DNA of 64,000 nt from Podarcis melisellensis (Eukaryota), in the NCBI GenBank assembly GCA_964234715.1, contig OZ174276.1; one strand, 5' to 3'. This document shows positions 49,964 through 63,429 of this stretch, one piece after another. Each line of letters starts with the position of its first letter. The stretch's first letter is position 1. The notes under the pieces were generated by a model. It did not search any database, was not told where the DNA came from, and saw only the letters and a program-made list of their open reading frames with translations. The position numbers and the translations under genes were made by a program.

Positions 49964-51262
49964 CTATGGAGACAATATTGTTATTCATTTCCTACCCCAT
50001 TCTCCTAACACCCAGGAAAAGGATCACAACTTTCTGTTTTTAGCATGATTGTGGCCTAATATTATACAAAGTTGGGCTAGGCCTTGGTAGTCCATAAATG
50101 GAGACGAAAACTAACTACTGCAAGTACTCTACTTTGGCATTAGGAGAATACATCCTCCTGCAAACAAGACCTAAATCTGAGTTACTGTTTCTATCTGTTC
50201 ATTTTAGACTTTGCTGACCATGTGCTGTGCAGGCTCCATTAACTCTAATGGGACTAACATGACAATCCAATTTAAAGGAATGTGGCGGGGTGTGATGGTG
50301 AGGTGTGAGGCTAGTTAACTTTTCTGTAACAAAAGGTCAACCAAAGCTTTAGGGTCCTCCCGCCCCCAGCCAAATGCTTAGCTGCAGGAGTTACAGTATA
50401 CTACGAGAGCCTGGCATTTCAACTGTTTTCCTCCTTAAGAGAGATCCAAGAAGCATTTGTGCTGTATAAAAGTTTTAGAAATTCTGTGCCAGATATAGCT
50501 GGGTCTTGATGCTGGAGATAAGATGCTTCTTGTGCATTTTATTTACATAATAGCTTTAATTTATCCTGAGTAAACACGTTATTATTTTATTCAACGGCAA
50601 CAAGAAAGACAAGGGAATGGGAAAGTAGGTTTTCATATTTTTTAATATAATCCACTCTTTCAGACAAAGGCGCTATTGAATTACTCATTGCAGGGAGACA
50701 ACTGTATTTTCATCTAAATTATCTGACAGGAGAGGTTCCCAAGTCCCCAGAGATTATCCAGGATATTTAATATTTAAGATGACATTTCACGAGATAAAAG
50801 GCCAGCAACAATTTATCCAGATTTCTGTATTTCCCAAATTAAGAAGAATGTACAAAGAGAAGGAAGAGAAGAGGAGAAGCGATAGAAAACACTGACCCAG
50901 TCCACATGTCACAGTAAGAATAAACCCTAGCTTCATATCAAAGTTTGCTTAGAATAAAACAAACCATGGCTCCTCGTTTGGATGCAATGCTAAAGCAGGG
51001 ACTGTGGTTTGTTGCTCCTGCTTGTGCTAGGGGAGAAGTGAAGTGGGAACTATTTGTCCTTCCACAATAAATCTTTAATCTACCATGATGTGTGAATGGA
51101 GCCAATATGAAGCCCTCATTTGACCTTCACACACAAAATCAGGGGTTTTTTTGGGTGGAGGGTTGCCAAAAATATGTGATTTAGCCAATAAACTGCCCTC
51201 CCTCATAGAATTACCTTCCACAGTTTTATTATAATTTTTTAATAAAGAAAATGATGTATTAC

Positions 51263-51380
51263 CTGGAGCAGCTGGTGATGGCAGTGCATAGTTCTTTTCT
51301 TCTTCCATAAACTGCAAGGCAACAGTGCAGAAATTGCTTTCATACTGGACCACAAGGTGACTCAGTGCAACCACCAACTC
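51263..51380 (-). CDS. RPTOR: RPTOR coding exon (~exon 18), 118 nt, ELVVALSHLVVQYESNFCTVALQFMEEEKNYALPSPAAP
   Basis: Acceptor ccctag, donor gtaata; overlaps ORF 51075..51377. Confidence 0.97.
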
Positions 51381-51715
51381 CTAGGGAGAGGGCAATGGAG
51401 GAAAAACAGACTTCTGAACACTGTGTGCATGTGAAATAACTGACAGCAAAGAACTTGAATCACTGCAAAAAAACAGGGAAGATCTCATTCACCTGATAAT
51501 ATAACGGAAAAGCAGACACCCATCTGCAAGTCAACGTTCCAGGACTACTCAAAGAACAATGTTTCGGGTCTTGAAGGCAAATAAACAAATTGATGCAGTA
51601 ATCTCCACTCCAAATTCTAAGGTTAAGCCAATATATTTCTGAATTTAACCTAGCTAGTCCAGGAGCAAGAGTGCTATTGAAACATTCTGTTCACAGCTCA
51701 GTGTATCTTGTAAAG

Positions 51716-51832
51716 CAGGGAGGAGGACCTGTTACTACGACTCCTGCCGTCCCTGACCATTGGCTATACTGGTGGGACTGATGGGAATTGGAATCCAACA
51801 ACATCTGGGCTGTGACAGGCTCCCCATCCCTC
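51716..51832. mobile_element. Degraded palindromic hAT MITE
   Basis: actacgactcc...ccctgaccattggc...gatgggaattggaatccaacaacatctgg. Confidence 0.6.
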
Positions 51833-54800
51833 CTGCAATCATTCATTGGGTTGAACATTTTGACTTTAAAGTACCAACAGCAAATATTATCAATCCTCAA
51901 AATAGCATATAGCAGTACTTTACAAAGTTCCCTTTTGTGAAAATGCAGCGGAAAGATTCTAAATTATTATTTATTCTTTTTATTATTATTACTATTTGTT
52001 GAATTTATATACCTATATCTGGAGGTCTATTTTGTAAGCAACTTTAAATAAAGCAAGCAAGAGAATCAAGTCCCTGTGAAAGCAGCCTTCTGACAAAATT
52101 AATATCCATTTGTCACCTCAAGTGGGGACGAGGGCACTTTTTATACTTGGCTTTGTGAAGCATTGATTTTTCCTTCACTTTAGTGTGACGATCTTAAGAA
52201 AGCTGGAACATTTGACTCCAAAGTGAATTCTTTGCAATGAAAGATCTTTCATTATTGGCTACTCTCTAACTTTTTGATGCAGCCGAGAATTGTCAAACTG
52301 ATCTACTGCTACTGGAAGAACTGAAGGGGAAGGGAGAACATTGTGCCATTCTTCTCCGGTCCATTCAAGCTCCTCTGTAGGACATAATGAATCATAAAAA
52401 GGGCAAGGTTCTTGTGTGACCTCCTGGGTCATGGTCCAGACCTTAAAGCCTTGCCAACCTTTTCTATGATGATTCCAAGAGTTACAGAAATAGCATGATG
52501 CCCTGTTAGAAATGCATAACTGTTCACTGTGGTTCACAGTCAGCTCAAAAAAGAAATCAAATCTGACATTGGTCAAGCAGAACCTTGGTGGTTTAGGGGG
52601 AACACAACCTGCTACTTATTTTCTGTGAAAAAGTCAAAGATTTCTTGGTGGGAAATCTTGAATTCTGCAAGACTAGCACGGAATTTTATTTATTCTATCA
52701 AAGTCTCTTATTGTTGTTTAGTCATTTGTGCAGAAGGATCAGAAACTTACCAAGGCATTTTCTAAATAGCCCTACACAGTGCTACTAATGTCCTATTTAC
52801 CCAAACAGAGGCTAGAAAAGATGAAATGCATTTTGCCTATTATAAATTTGACAAGACTAGGCAGGAAGCTCTGGTCACAATGCTTCTCAGTGCTATCAAG
52901 TGACTGATGTGCTACTGCTCTAAAGTGGAAGGTTAGGAAAAACAATCTTCAAGGGACTATTGTTTCATCTCAGCCCTCTCCCCACCAACCCATTATGGAA
53001 AGCTCTTTGCTGAATAGAACTGTCCTGTTTCCCTCCTGCACTTGCAAAACTCAACCTTCTTCCTCTCGGAGGGCTGCCACATACTTCTTGTTTCCAGTAA
53101 CAAATTAATATTTCATATTTAATTTGGTAGATTGTAATGTAAGACTCTGCTATCAAAAGGGTGATAAATAGGAAAGGACTACAGAGACAAAACGTGGCTT
53201 CTGTTTCGGGAGGAAGTAGCAAGAGCATCAAGAAATTCTGCAAAGTGTTGAGGTCTTGGAGAGAGAGGCCAGGCCAGCTATTCTCATTTCCCTGTCCTCT
53301 TTTTTTTATGCAGCAGCTCCAAAATGAAAGTAGTGACATACAAGCCTGACAGCTCTCTGCTGACAGATATCACTTTCCTTTGGCATTCAGCAGCACACTT
53401 TTCAATGATGGATATGGTGCCAGGTCTAAAATAATCCTTTTCTAATGCCTGGTCTTTCATTATTTTGTTATGCAATGCCCTTTTTCTGTTGCAAAGGGAT
53501 TTCTCATACTGTACAGCAAATGAAATGCCATATTGATAAAGGCCTCATGCCTGGCCCCACTGGGCAAAATGAAGCAGCCTGACGTTCAGGTCAGACAAGA
53601 AAAAGCATTTTGTGTTTCAGAGTGATGGCCCCCGGGAGCTGGGATGGTAAAGGGATCCATGGCGTGTATGCCCTCAATTCAAGGTCAACTCCCCCCACTG
53701 ACCCTATACCACCTCTTGCAGCAAGTGTTCTTTATCACACTCTGGGTGATGAAGTTAATTTTATTTCCCCCAGGACAGGGAGAAAAGCAGAACAATGTTA
53801 TTCTTCAGGCTGAAAACAGAAAGGCGAGTGAAAACTGAAATTTATGTAAGCCTCTCAGGAAACGGAGAGACAAAACGATTGACACGACAGGGCTTGTGAT
53901 TCAAAGAAATTGCCAACAAACAGAGAGCCAGTAAGACCTGCAGGAGTGCAAAAACTTTCCCTGTTTCTCGCATTGAGGAAATGGCACTTGCTTACATATG
54001 ATGAAGCAGTCTCAGTCTCAGCAGCCAAAGATTCACATTGGCTAACTATCCCCCCCAAAAAACCATTCTGATGAAGAGAAGATGTTAAAACAAGGAAAAA
54101 CCAATGAGAAGTGGCCACGTGGGAGGTAAAATGGGAAGCCTGCTGTGTTATCAAATTACTGTAAGGATTCTACTGGCACAAAGATCTAAGAAGACTTGCC
54201 TGCAGAAGCAGCAGTGTGCAAAGGCTGCACACCACAAACAAAAGCCAATTCCAAAAAAACAAAGCAAATTTTAGGACAGATAGCCATTGCCACTGCCACA
54301 TGTACACAAAGTATGCATATTCATCCTCATTAATCTCTCAAAGAATGGCCTAGAGAGTGCCAGTTTGCGGACATGCCATGTTTTCTTTATTGCGTAATGC
54401 TGCCAAAACAGAATTTCAGAGCTAAGGTCTTATAATTGTGCTCTTTTTCTGCAGAGTCCATACCAGACGTACACCCATAATGTTGTGGAATAAGAGGGCT
54501 AGATTTAGACATCTGGGAATCCTAAATTACCCTGCGATTATAATACACTGTACAAAAACAACTCAAATGCCCGGTTTTAGAATTGTATTTCAATAGAACA
54601 GATATTAAGTAGTTTCCCCTGACCTGAAGAATCCCTATGGAATTTCTAATGAGGAAGGGGGAAACTTAGCAATATTTTATTATTGTTTGCAATTAACACA
54701 GCACTTTGGAGCTAAAATAATTTATCTTGAAGGCATGCCACTATTATTTCCACGTTATCAAACTGAGGCTTACAGTGAGTCCACAGTTGATCTTATATTT

Positions 54801-55350
54801 TAACCTGGGTTTTCTCTTCAATACATGAAATAGTTATTGGGCTATTTCTGAAGACTATGCGTCTTTTGCCATTTAATGTTTGGCAATAGTCATGGGTGCA
54901 AGGATTCACTTTGTAATGATTTAAAGCTGTTGTCATTCAGGGCCTCACATGTTCATGACCTGCTCAAGGGAGGAAAAAGGAAACCTAAGCACAAATTGCT
55001 AAGGGACAGTCTGAACAGATCATATAAACATAGGATGAAGCTGCTGAATAAGGAATCTGATCATTGGTCCATTTCGTCCAGTATCGTTTACTCTGATTGT
55101 CAGAGGTTCTCTGATGTCTCAGGCAGTGAGACCCACAGCTCTGCTAATTGGAATAGGCTGGAGGTTAAAACTGGAACATTCTGCATGCAAAGGATGTGCA
55201 TTATCACTGAGCTATGGGTTTTCCATGTTTTCAGTAAATCAAAGTTTTGAACAGCTGCAATGAACTATAAAGGTCCGTGCAGACAGGACTAACAAGCTGA
55301 GCAGTAACACAGGGGCTCTAGCACCTACCCCTCCCAACCCCATGTTATAC

Positions 55351-55491
55351 CTTTCGGACCATGGGACTTCCATCGTTGATGAGCTGAGCCAGCATCATGG
55401 CAACGTTGTGATCAATAGTGGTAGAATGATCTGTCCGCTCAGCCGAATTGCCTACAAAGGTGCCAAGGGCAAAGACTGCAGCACAGCGAAC
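55351..55491 (-). CDS. RPTOR: RPTOR coding exon (~exon 17), 141 nt, VRCAAVFALGTFVGNSAERTDHSTTIDHNVAMMLAQLINDGSPMVRK
   Basis: Acceptor ttttcag, donor gtataa; manual translation. Confidence 0.97.
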
Positions 55492-56392
55492 CTGAAAAAG
55501 AAACATAAATAATCTCTGTCCAACTTAAACTCTTAGCATACACTTTGTCACTTGCATGTTTTAGTGCAAAGATGTCATAAGATAACATATCCATCCTATT
55601 GGAAAGGACTCCCAACATTAAGGACACATCTAGTAAGTAAATGCAGACATATGAGAACTATGTTTTTTCCACATGGCCAGTAGACCCTCAACACATCAGC
55701 TGAAATCTGCAATAGTTAACAGATTACAGGGCTGCAATAGTTAATAGAGTAATAAGTTAGTATAAGCTTTAATCAAATAAATTAACTGGGCAGGTATTCA
55801 TGGGATTTTCCTTCTCTTCTACCTTACAGTCCCCCCAATCTGCAAAATCAGCTCCAGAAAACTGAGAAATCCTCTGGAGTGGATTTTGGGCATGTACGGG
55901 GAGACAAAGACCAGAGGTTCTATTGCACCAACAGATTTCCATTGCATAAGAAGGCAGACATCACTGGATGTTGCCTAATACAAGTATTCATAAAAACTAC
56001 AAGTGGTGAGTGTTCTTTTAAAAGAGGCATTCTGTCTTTTCTCTTACATAGAAGGGGACATATATTAAAATATGACATCTGCTACAATGAAGAAAGCTTC
56101 CTTCAGAATTACTATTTTTACCCATATATAGAATTAATTACTAGATAAATCACTCAAAACTCATGAAATTAATTGACTAAGATTTCTTTTAATCATGTTC
56201 ATGCCTTATTAGTTAAGAGCTTCATAAATTAAACAGCCTTTGCAGCTGTTTCATTAGCCAGCCACTTTAATGGTTATTTGAATTGTTTTAAAAGGTGTTT
56301 TATATTTAATTGCTGTACACTTGCCCACATATGTTACATGGTGGTACAGAAAAACTTTCATCAATAATTTGTTTTTTAAAAATGAAAGAATA

Positions 56393-56650
56393 CCGTATTT
56401 TTCGCTCTATAAGACGCACCAGACCACAAGACGCACCTAGTTTTTGGAGGAGGAAAACAAGAAAAAAAAAATCTGAATCTCAGAAGCCAGAACAGCAAGA
56501 GGGATCGCTGCAAAGTGAAAGCAGCAATCCCTCTTGCTGTTCTGGCTTCTGGGATAGCTGCGCAGCCTGCATTCGCTCCATAAGACGCACACACATTTCC
56601 CCTTACTTTTTAGGAGGGGGAAAGTGAGTCTTATAGAGCAAAAAATACGG
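56393..56650. mobile_element. Tc1/mariner (Tc2-like) MITE
   Basis: TIRs CCGTATTTTTCGCTCTATAAGACGCAC / GTGAGTCTTATAGAGCAAAAAATACGG, TA on both sides; internal 35-bp palindrome. Confidence 0.88.
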
Positions 56651-56763
56651 TACTTTCAAAGTTTAGTGTTGTGTACCCTGATCAGATCAAGTAATATAGG
56701 GAAGTTGTTTTGGGTAGCTAAGGCAAGCACATGAACCACTGTCTCCACTGGATGCTGTATTAC

Positions 56764-56955
56764 CTCTGGGATTGGATCAGAGAGAAGGCTGTAGAGCTTT
56801 TCATGGGCACTGTCCCTCACACCGCACCACCTTGCAGAGTCAAAATTCTGCCAAATTCGCCCCAAGCAAATAGCCACCCACTGGCGCAGAAGAGGATGTG
56901 GATCATTGAGCTGCTCCAGGCAAATGGCAATCAAGTTCCCTTGAAGACAGGCTTC
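56764..56955 (-). CDS. RPTOR: RPTOR coding exon (~exon 16), 192 nt, EACLQGNLIAICLEQLNDPHPLLRQW...LLSDPIPE (HEAT/ARM)
   Basis: Acceptor ttatag, donor gtaata; overlaps ORF 56656..56934. Confidence 0.98.
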
Positions 56956-57135
56956 CTATAACAAAGGGCAGAGCATGATATTTTAACACGTTATTTGCCG
57001 ATAAAACAATTCTAAGGAAAACAACTCTTTTAGAGCAGCATAGATGCATGGGGTAAGGTCCCTAACATTTTTATTCAAGATTATTAAGGAGGTCAGATGT
57101 AGAGCCATCCACACCATTCCTCAACTTTTACTCAC

Positions 57136-57201
57136 CTGACCGGTATTGTAGTTGTTGACAATCACTGCCAGAATAAAAGCTGTCATCGTCCTATGTTCAG
57201 C
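57136..57201 (-). CDS. RPTOR: RPTOR coding exon (~exon 15), 66 nt, AEHRTMTAFILAVIVNNYNTGQ
   Basis: Acceptor ttttcag, donor gtgagt; manual translation (too short for the ORF track). Confidence 0.97.
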
Positions 57202-57272
57202 CTGAAAACACACACAAAAGATTGAGGATTAGATAAAATAATAATATTACCTTGAATATTTCAAGGTAAAGA

Positions 57273-57315
<43 letters not shown>
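57273..57315. repeat. (TAT)n microsatellite upstream of the exon 15 acceptor
   Basis: Seen directly. Confidence 0.95.
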
Positions 57316-57317
<2 letters not shown>

Positions 57318-58610
57318 AAAATCCTTCCTGCTGGAACTTGTCTCTTTTGACACTGAGGGTTCTCAAAGGTCTCCCTAACTTAACAATCCAAATTAAATAA
57401 AATAATGAAAATGGCCATGAAAATGACTTAATCTCATTTGCTTGTATGACTGCCCTTTCAAACAGAAGCGTGTAAATTCATTTAATTGTGGGTTCAAGCT
57501 TTCTAAGGGTACAAAGGTGGAAAGTGCTTTTAACTTTAAATCACAAAACACAACGTCTGCCACAACAAATAGACAGACATGTTTCAGACAAAATAAAAAG
57601 GTTGCACAGGATTTGCATCCTTCTCTAAAAGAATTCTGAAATTTTTCTGTCATCTCTACCTCTCCATGTGTCAAATACCTTTTGTGCTTCCAATACATTT
57701 AAAGAACTATATAAACATTTCCCAAAGACAGTACATTTCACATGCAGTGTGGGAAGACTGGAAATTATTTTGTATGCCATTTTATTTTCCCTTAAGTGCA
57801 AGATTACAAAAATAATAATAGAGAAGAGAACAGTGCCCGACTGATTCATGCTAGCAACAGTAGTGAAGTTTTTAAAAAATACAAAAAAAAACTACCAGGG
57901 CCCTTACTGCAACATTATTTTTCTTTAACAGGCTTAAAATACATTTATTGACAATAAATAACCCCTTTAGTTCATTTATTGTGGTTTCTTTCACAAGAAT
58001 AAATTAATACTGAGCAAAAGAAAAAGGTGTGCAATTTAAGATTCTTATTTGATTTATGTGCCCCACCTTGTAATAACGTAAGAGTAGCCCTGTTGGACAA
58101 CATCAAAGGTCTATCTAGCCCAGGTTCTCATTTCCCAACAGTGGCCAACCTGACCTCCCCGGGAAGCCAAAAAGCAGTGAATGAAGATAATGCCCACCCC
58201 ATCAATAACTGGTATTCAGTGGTGTACTTCCTCTGAATATGGAGGTTTCATTTAGTCATTATGGTTAATAGCCACTGATGGACCATGAATTTATCTAAAC
58301 CCCTTTGAAAGTAATCTAAGCCTTTGGAAATGAAGTCCACAAATGCAGTGTGTGAAGAAATAGCTTCCTTTTGTCTGTCCTGAATATACTACCAAACCAT
58401 TTCATTCCTTTAAGGAAGAGGGTGAAAGTGTCCTCTAACCATTTTCTCCATGCTACTCATCAACAGGACAGTTGCATGTTACAACTTTGTGTAACTTCTA
58501 ACCATCTACAAAATCAACAGCATGGCTGCCTCATAAGTGCAGCACATGAACCAGCGTAAGTTCTAATCAGAGAGGTGGGATGGTGGTGAAGACTGATTAT
58601 TTGACCTTAC

Positions 58611-58685
58611 CGGCATGTAGGGATCTGCCAAAACAGAAAGGAAATATTTGTGACCATTGTCCTTCACAAGGTCGGCTTGGCATGA
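58611..58685 (-). CDS. RPTOR: RPTOR coding exon (~exon 14), 75 nt, SCQADLVKDNGHKYFLSVLADPYMP
   Basis: Acceptor ttttcag, donor gtaagg; phase 0-0; peptide matches Raptor. Confidence 0.97.
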
Positions 58686-59418
58686 CTGAAAAACAAGACA
58701 GATGGGGTGGGGGGAGAGAGAGCAATAAGCTGAAGATAATTTATTTTTAGTCTTCGAATGATTTCCACTTAGTTCATCAATTGCACGTGTACAGAGAGTC
58801 CTTGAAAGCAATAATCAGGAAGCCAGTTATACAGATAACAACTCAGCTTTGGCTCATTCCGCCTAAGCAATGTACTGGGAGTACAGCCATCTGCAAGCCA
58901 GGGGTAGAAAGAAGCGACATCTCCCAGACTACATAACTATACTTATTCTGTAACTGACAAAATTCGGGGTCTTCCTGTTTCTTTTATGCTTCCTTTGACT
59001 TTTATGCTAAACACAGCCACGGGGAGAAGGGGAGTGACTTTAAACTTTCCCTTTCAGCAGCTACCTTGGGAACCAGGTGGCTCATTTGGCATTGGCATTC
59101 TTCTCTGTTCTCTGTATCTGATGAGGCAATTTGAGATGGATATGTCACAAAACTCTGCTTAAAGAAACTTGGTCTGTTCTGAAAACTCAGGAAAAGCTGT
59201 CTGGAAGATGCACGTGCATCAGTGATACGCAGATGTTGCTCCCCTCTGCATACGCCTCTCACCATAACACAGATCTTGCAGATGTTCTGGTCTAAGCCCC
59301 AAGGACAGGCACAGGGATTCAGTTTATTGCATGAAAGCAATTGTGCCATGAATGGTAGAATTTGGCTTCCAGCAGTTTTCTAGCCAGTATGACAACAGTG
59401 TTGATTAAAACTCTAAGA

Positions 59419-59555
59419 CAGGGATGACCAACACAATGTCCTCCTGATATTGTTGGACTACAGCTCCCATCATCCCTGACCACTGGCCCTGCTGGCTGCA
59501 GCTGCTGGGACTTGTAGCCTAGAAGCATCTTGAGGGCATCATGTTGGCTTCCCCG
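59419..59555. mobile_element. Palindromic hAT MITE
   Basis: Same family core; 8-bp TSD ctctaaga. Confidence 0.8.
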
Positions 59556-60891
59556 CTCTAAGAGCATTTGCTCTGCCCTTACTTACTGGCCTTTAACATT
59601 TATTTAGAGTGTTCCATTCTTCCTTGGCTTCTACTAATGGGCTTTCTGCAAGGAGGAAGAAGTACCTAACTCAGCTTGGGTGAGTCAATGACAATTACAG
59701 CCAACAGTGAATGCAGCTTGTGCCCAATGAACCATGATTTAACTTATTAGACAAAAACTTGCCAATATTTTGACAACTATAAAGTACTCTATTTAGTATG
59801 CTCACAACAAGGCTGTAGAATTTAGTTGTTTATGTCATATCAAACCCACAACGGTATGAGCAGCGAGCATTCTTCCTAAACCGCAGGATTCCAGATTTCT
59901 GTTCACAGACCCTTTGTGAAATATCAAGTGATATGACCAATCCAAACGTAACCTTTCTACAGCATGTTCCTCAATGCTAATTATTCCAAATGTTCTACTG
60001 TGTAGAAAAATGTGGAGGAAATAAGAAAAGGGCACAAGTCACTAATAAAAAGTCTTCAGACTCATGTTTGGTCCCCTAAAGGCCACTAGGTTGAGAAGCA
60101 TGGTGTTGTAGCTATGAGATAAAACTGTTAAGCTGGGACCTATTGCCAGACGAAAATCATCTCAAAAGCAGGCCGAGCCAATGTCAACAAAATGCTAATT
60201 TACAGAGTGAAGTTGAAGCAACGGCTGCAAAAACACAAATGTCAAATCATGGCAGGGTTGTGTCTTGGATAAACTCCAGGAGGAGGAGAAAGGCATACAG
60301 GAAAGAAATGACAAAATATGGAGAGGAACTTCAGGATCAAGGACACAGAAGCAGCATACAATCTTCTAGAGACTGAACTAAACCTAATAGCATGTGTTTT
60401 GGCCTAATACACAGGGATGGACCTAAAATCCTTTCATACTGTGACCAAGAAACATAAGTTAGGATGGCCCAATGTTGCTAGGAGAAGGTTTGATTCTTAA
60501 TGACTGGTGTTGGCATGGTGGGAAACAGGTTAAGCTCCCCCACACAGATGGAGCCCCTGATTCAACCCCTTTTATTCATTTCCAGTATAAATGAATGTTT
60601 CCCAGCATTTTGCTGTGTCTGATAATAAGGAAATGACATAGCCCAACTCTCCTGATAAGAGAATAATTCCCTTTGAAAGTGAGATTTCCCCACGTTTCAT
60701 ATTGGATGCCAATTAGATGAGAATCAAGCAGGCTGGCTTTTAGTGCTAATAAGGCTCATTAGCAACTGCTTCTTGAAACATTGTGCACTTGCATGTCAGT
60801 TTAAACATTGGGGATGACATATTAAGGCCAGAAAAAGAGGATGAACGAACACACGCACACGTACATACATACATTTATATGAAAGACTAAA

Positions 60892-61260
60892 GGGACGCAG
60901 GTGGCGCTGTGGGTAAAACCTCAGTGCCTAGGGCTTGCTGATCGTATGGTCGGCGGTTTGAATCCCCGTGGCGGGGTGAGCTCCCGTCTTTCAGTCCCAG
61001 CTCCTGCCCACTTAGCAGTTCGAAAGCACCCCTAAGTGCAAGTAGATAAATAGGTACCGCTTTATAGCGGGAAGGTAAACGGTGTTTCCGTGTGCTGCGC
61101 TGGTGCTGGCTCGCCAGAGCAGCTTTGTCACACTGGCCATGTGAACCGGAAGTGTCTCCGGACAGCGCTGGCCCCCGGCCTCTTAAGTGAGATGGGCGCA
61201 CAACCCTAGAGTCAGACACGACTGGCCCGTACGGGCAGGGGTACCTTTACCTTTACCTTT
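60892..61260 (+). mobile_element. Sauria SINE (longer subfamily), full length
   Basis: Closely similar to 16410-16770; (ACCTTT)3 tail. Confidence 0.92.
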
Positions 61261-62819
61261 AAAGTGACAATAGGTAGAGAGAAGAGAAAGGAAGGAAGCT
61301 GACTTTGCTTTGAACTCTCTCCAGTGAGTTCTGCAGGATGCTAAACACCAGGTGGGTAAATAGTAACCATTCTTTATTCCTGATTGAAAATGCAAGAAGG
61401 GTGGGGGTCAAACAAAGCGGGTGAGAGAGACAAAGATTCAAGAGAATAACTACATTGTTCAGGTAACTAAAGCTGCTTGTTGCAGACAGCTGCAAAGTAG
61501 GAGAAAATGACTGAAGCCAAGCTGTATGTATAAGCAGGCTTAACTCTTGCTGAGGATCGGGGTGGGGCTTGCTGCTTCCAATGAATGGTTATTTTGGGCT
61601 CTCTTTAATACTGATGCCACTTATTTGTCCAGAAACTGGTTACTACTTCCACCAGATTCCACCAGTATTCTGCCTGCCTGAGGAAAACAGACCCTGCAGT
61701 GGAAAACTCTGGTGATAACATTGAACATTAATTTGTACTCTTAATATGATATCTGTGGGGGGGGAAATACTGAACGTATATCAGCATCAATGGCATCTCC
61801 CTCCTTTAAGGAATCATGACATACCAGTAGAAACAGAATGGTGGCAAGCTTGCTATGAAGGTGGTATGAACTGCCAACGTCTGTGAGCAATTAAAGTCCT
61901 CTCTGCACGCAGAAGAGGGCAGGTAACTATGGGCTTTCATTATCAGCTGCATATTTCCTCCCTCAGCAGGGAAGAAAAAATATGAACCTTGTGATGCTGA
62001 AACACAAATCTGAGGGTGGCGCATACCTACTTAATCTCAAGTATAAGATGCTAGATTCATCATTGAAGGGCACAATCTAAAATAAAAGGGTGTTGGGAAC
62101 ATTTTGTTTGGTCACAAGATCTCACTTTTCCCTAAAATTCTACTAGTGGGATTTTTCAGTAGTACATTATTACACAGGTTAAAGAGTCACCATCTTCCCT
62201 TTTGAAAACCTCAGTATACTTATTTAAATGGGCATTGACATTAATGCAGTAAAATACTGAGCAGTTGCTCTTTTACTAATGTGGTTATTTCTATCTCTAC
62301 AATAAGCATCCCACTGGCACCATTATTACATGGAGTTTAAATTAACACTAGTTAACTTATGTACTGTCAGGAGCTGGATGGTGATGGTCAATTATACTAT
62401 CATTAATGAGGTGATCACAGTTCTAAGTTACAACTCCTTAATTCCAGTGCCTGCAGGCTAGCAAAGGATATTGTTTATATTTGTCTATCTATGGCCTTAA
62501 GAAAGAATTCTTAAAACAAAAACAGGAGAGCTGGAAGATCCAGTGGTCTGATTTCAGCTGCCCAAACATTCTGATTATGTAGGAAAGTTATGAATGAATA
62601 CTATTGGGAATTTAAAAATGTATTATCCACCCAATCTAAACCTGATGTTAATACATGTTCATTACTTGATCTAACATACCTTTACAATGACTTAATGATT
62701 GGCACATCACATGATTACTCCCATAGGATGGTCAAGGGAAATTTCATTCAAGATTCCGCCCCCCCAGCTCATTAATATTCCCAGTAAAAATTGGCCTAGC
62801 AAAAGTCCCCACAATACAA

Positions 62820-63050
62820 ATTATTATTATTTTATTAATATTTATTAAGTTTGTACATAGCCCTTCATCCAAAGATCCCAGGGAGGCTCCCAACAGAAAA
62901 ATACAAAATGAGAACACAAAATACACAATAAAACAAAAACCAAACAAAACCAATAACCCACCTCCCACGAACACATTTTAAAAGCCATAGAATGTTAATC
63001 AGCCAAATGCTTGGTTGAAGAGAAACTTTTTCACCTGGAGCCTAAAAATA
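62820..63050 (-). mobile_element. L2-type LINE 3' end fragment
   Basis: (tta)n followed by gcccttcatccaaagatcccagggaggc, typical of an inverted L2 tail. Confidence 0.55.
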
Positions 63051-63122
63051 TGTCACAAAGGCCCCACAAAGGACTCCAATCTCGATTACTTAGCTTTAGA
63101 AATTCTGCAGGACCACAATGAA

Positions 63123-63272
63123 AGAATCATAGAATGGTAGAGTTGAAAGAGACCTTGAGGCTGATCTAATCCAGGCCCCTGCAATGCAGAAAAATGCAGC
63201 TGTCCCGTATGGGGATCGAAGCTGCACCTTGGTGTTATCAGCACCATGCTATAACCAACTGAGCTATCCAGG
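63123..63272 (-). mobile_element. tRNA-Ile-derived SINE with a CR1-type 3' tail
   Basis: Minus strand reads GGATAGCTCAGTTGGTTATAGCATGGTGCTGATAACACCAAGG...TTCGATCCCC, then ...caactctaccattctatgattct. Confidence 0.75.
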
Positions 63273-63429
63273 TATTCCCAAAAACATTAGCTGGGCCCTG
63301 AGGTACAACCATGTGAAATTAAGTATACGCTGTACAATCTGAAAAGGATTATGTTAACCTGGTAGTTCTGTCTAGCAACCCACTACTACTAAAACCTCAC
63401 TGATATTTTAAAAATATTTCAACTGTTCC

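Noticed and set aside
16550-61219. Recurring similar short ORFs (MSDSRVVRPS..., MAEGAGVQLPG...)
   Set aside because: Translations of Sauria SINE copies, not a gene family.
63203-63272. tRNA-Ile-like sequence with GAT at the anticodon position
   Set aside because: Degenerate stems and fused directly to a CR1-type tail: a SINE head, not a tRNA gene.
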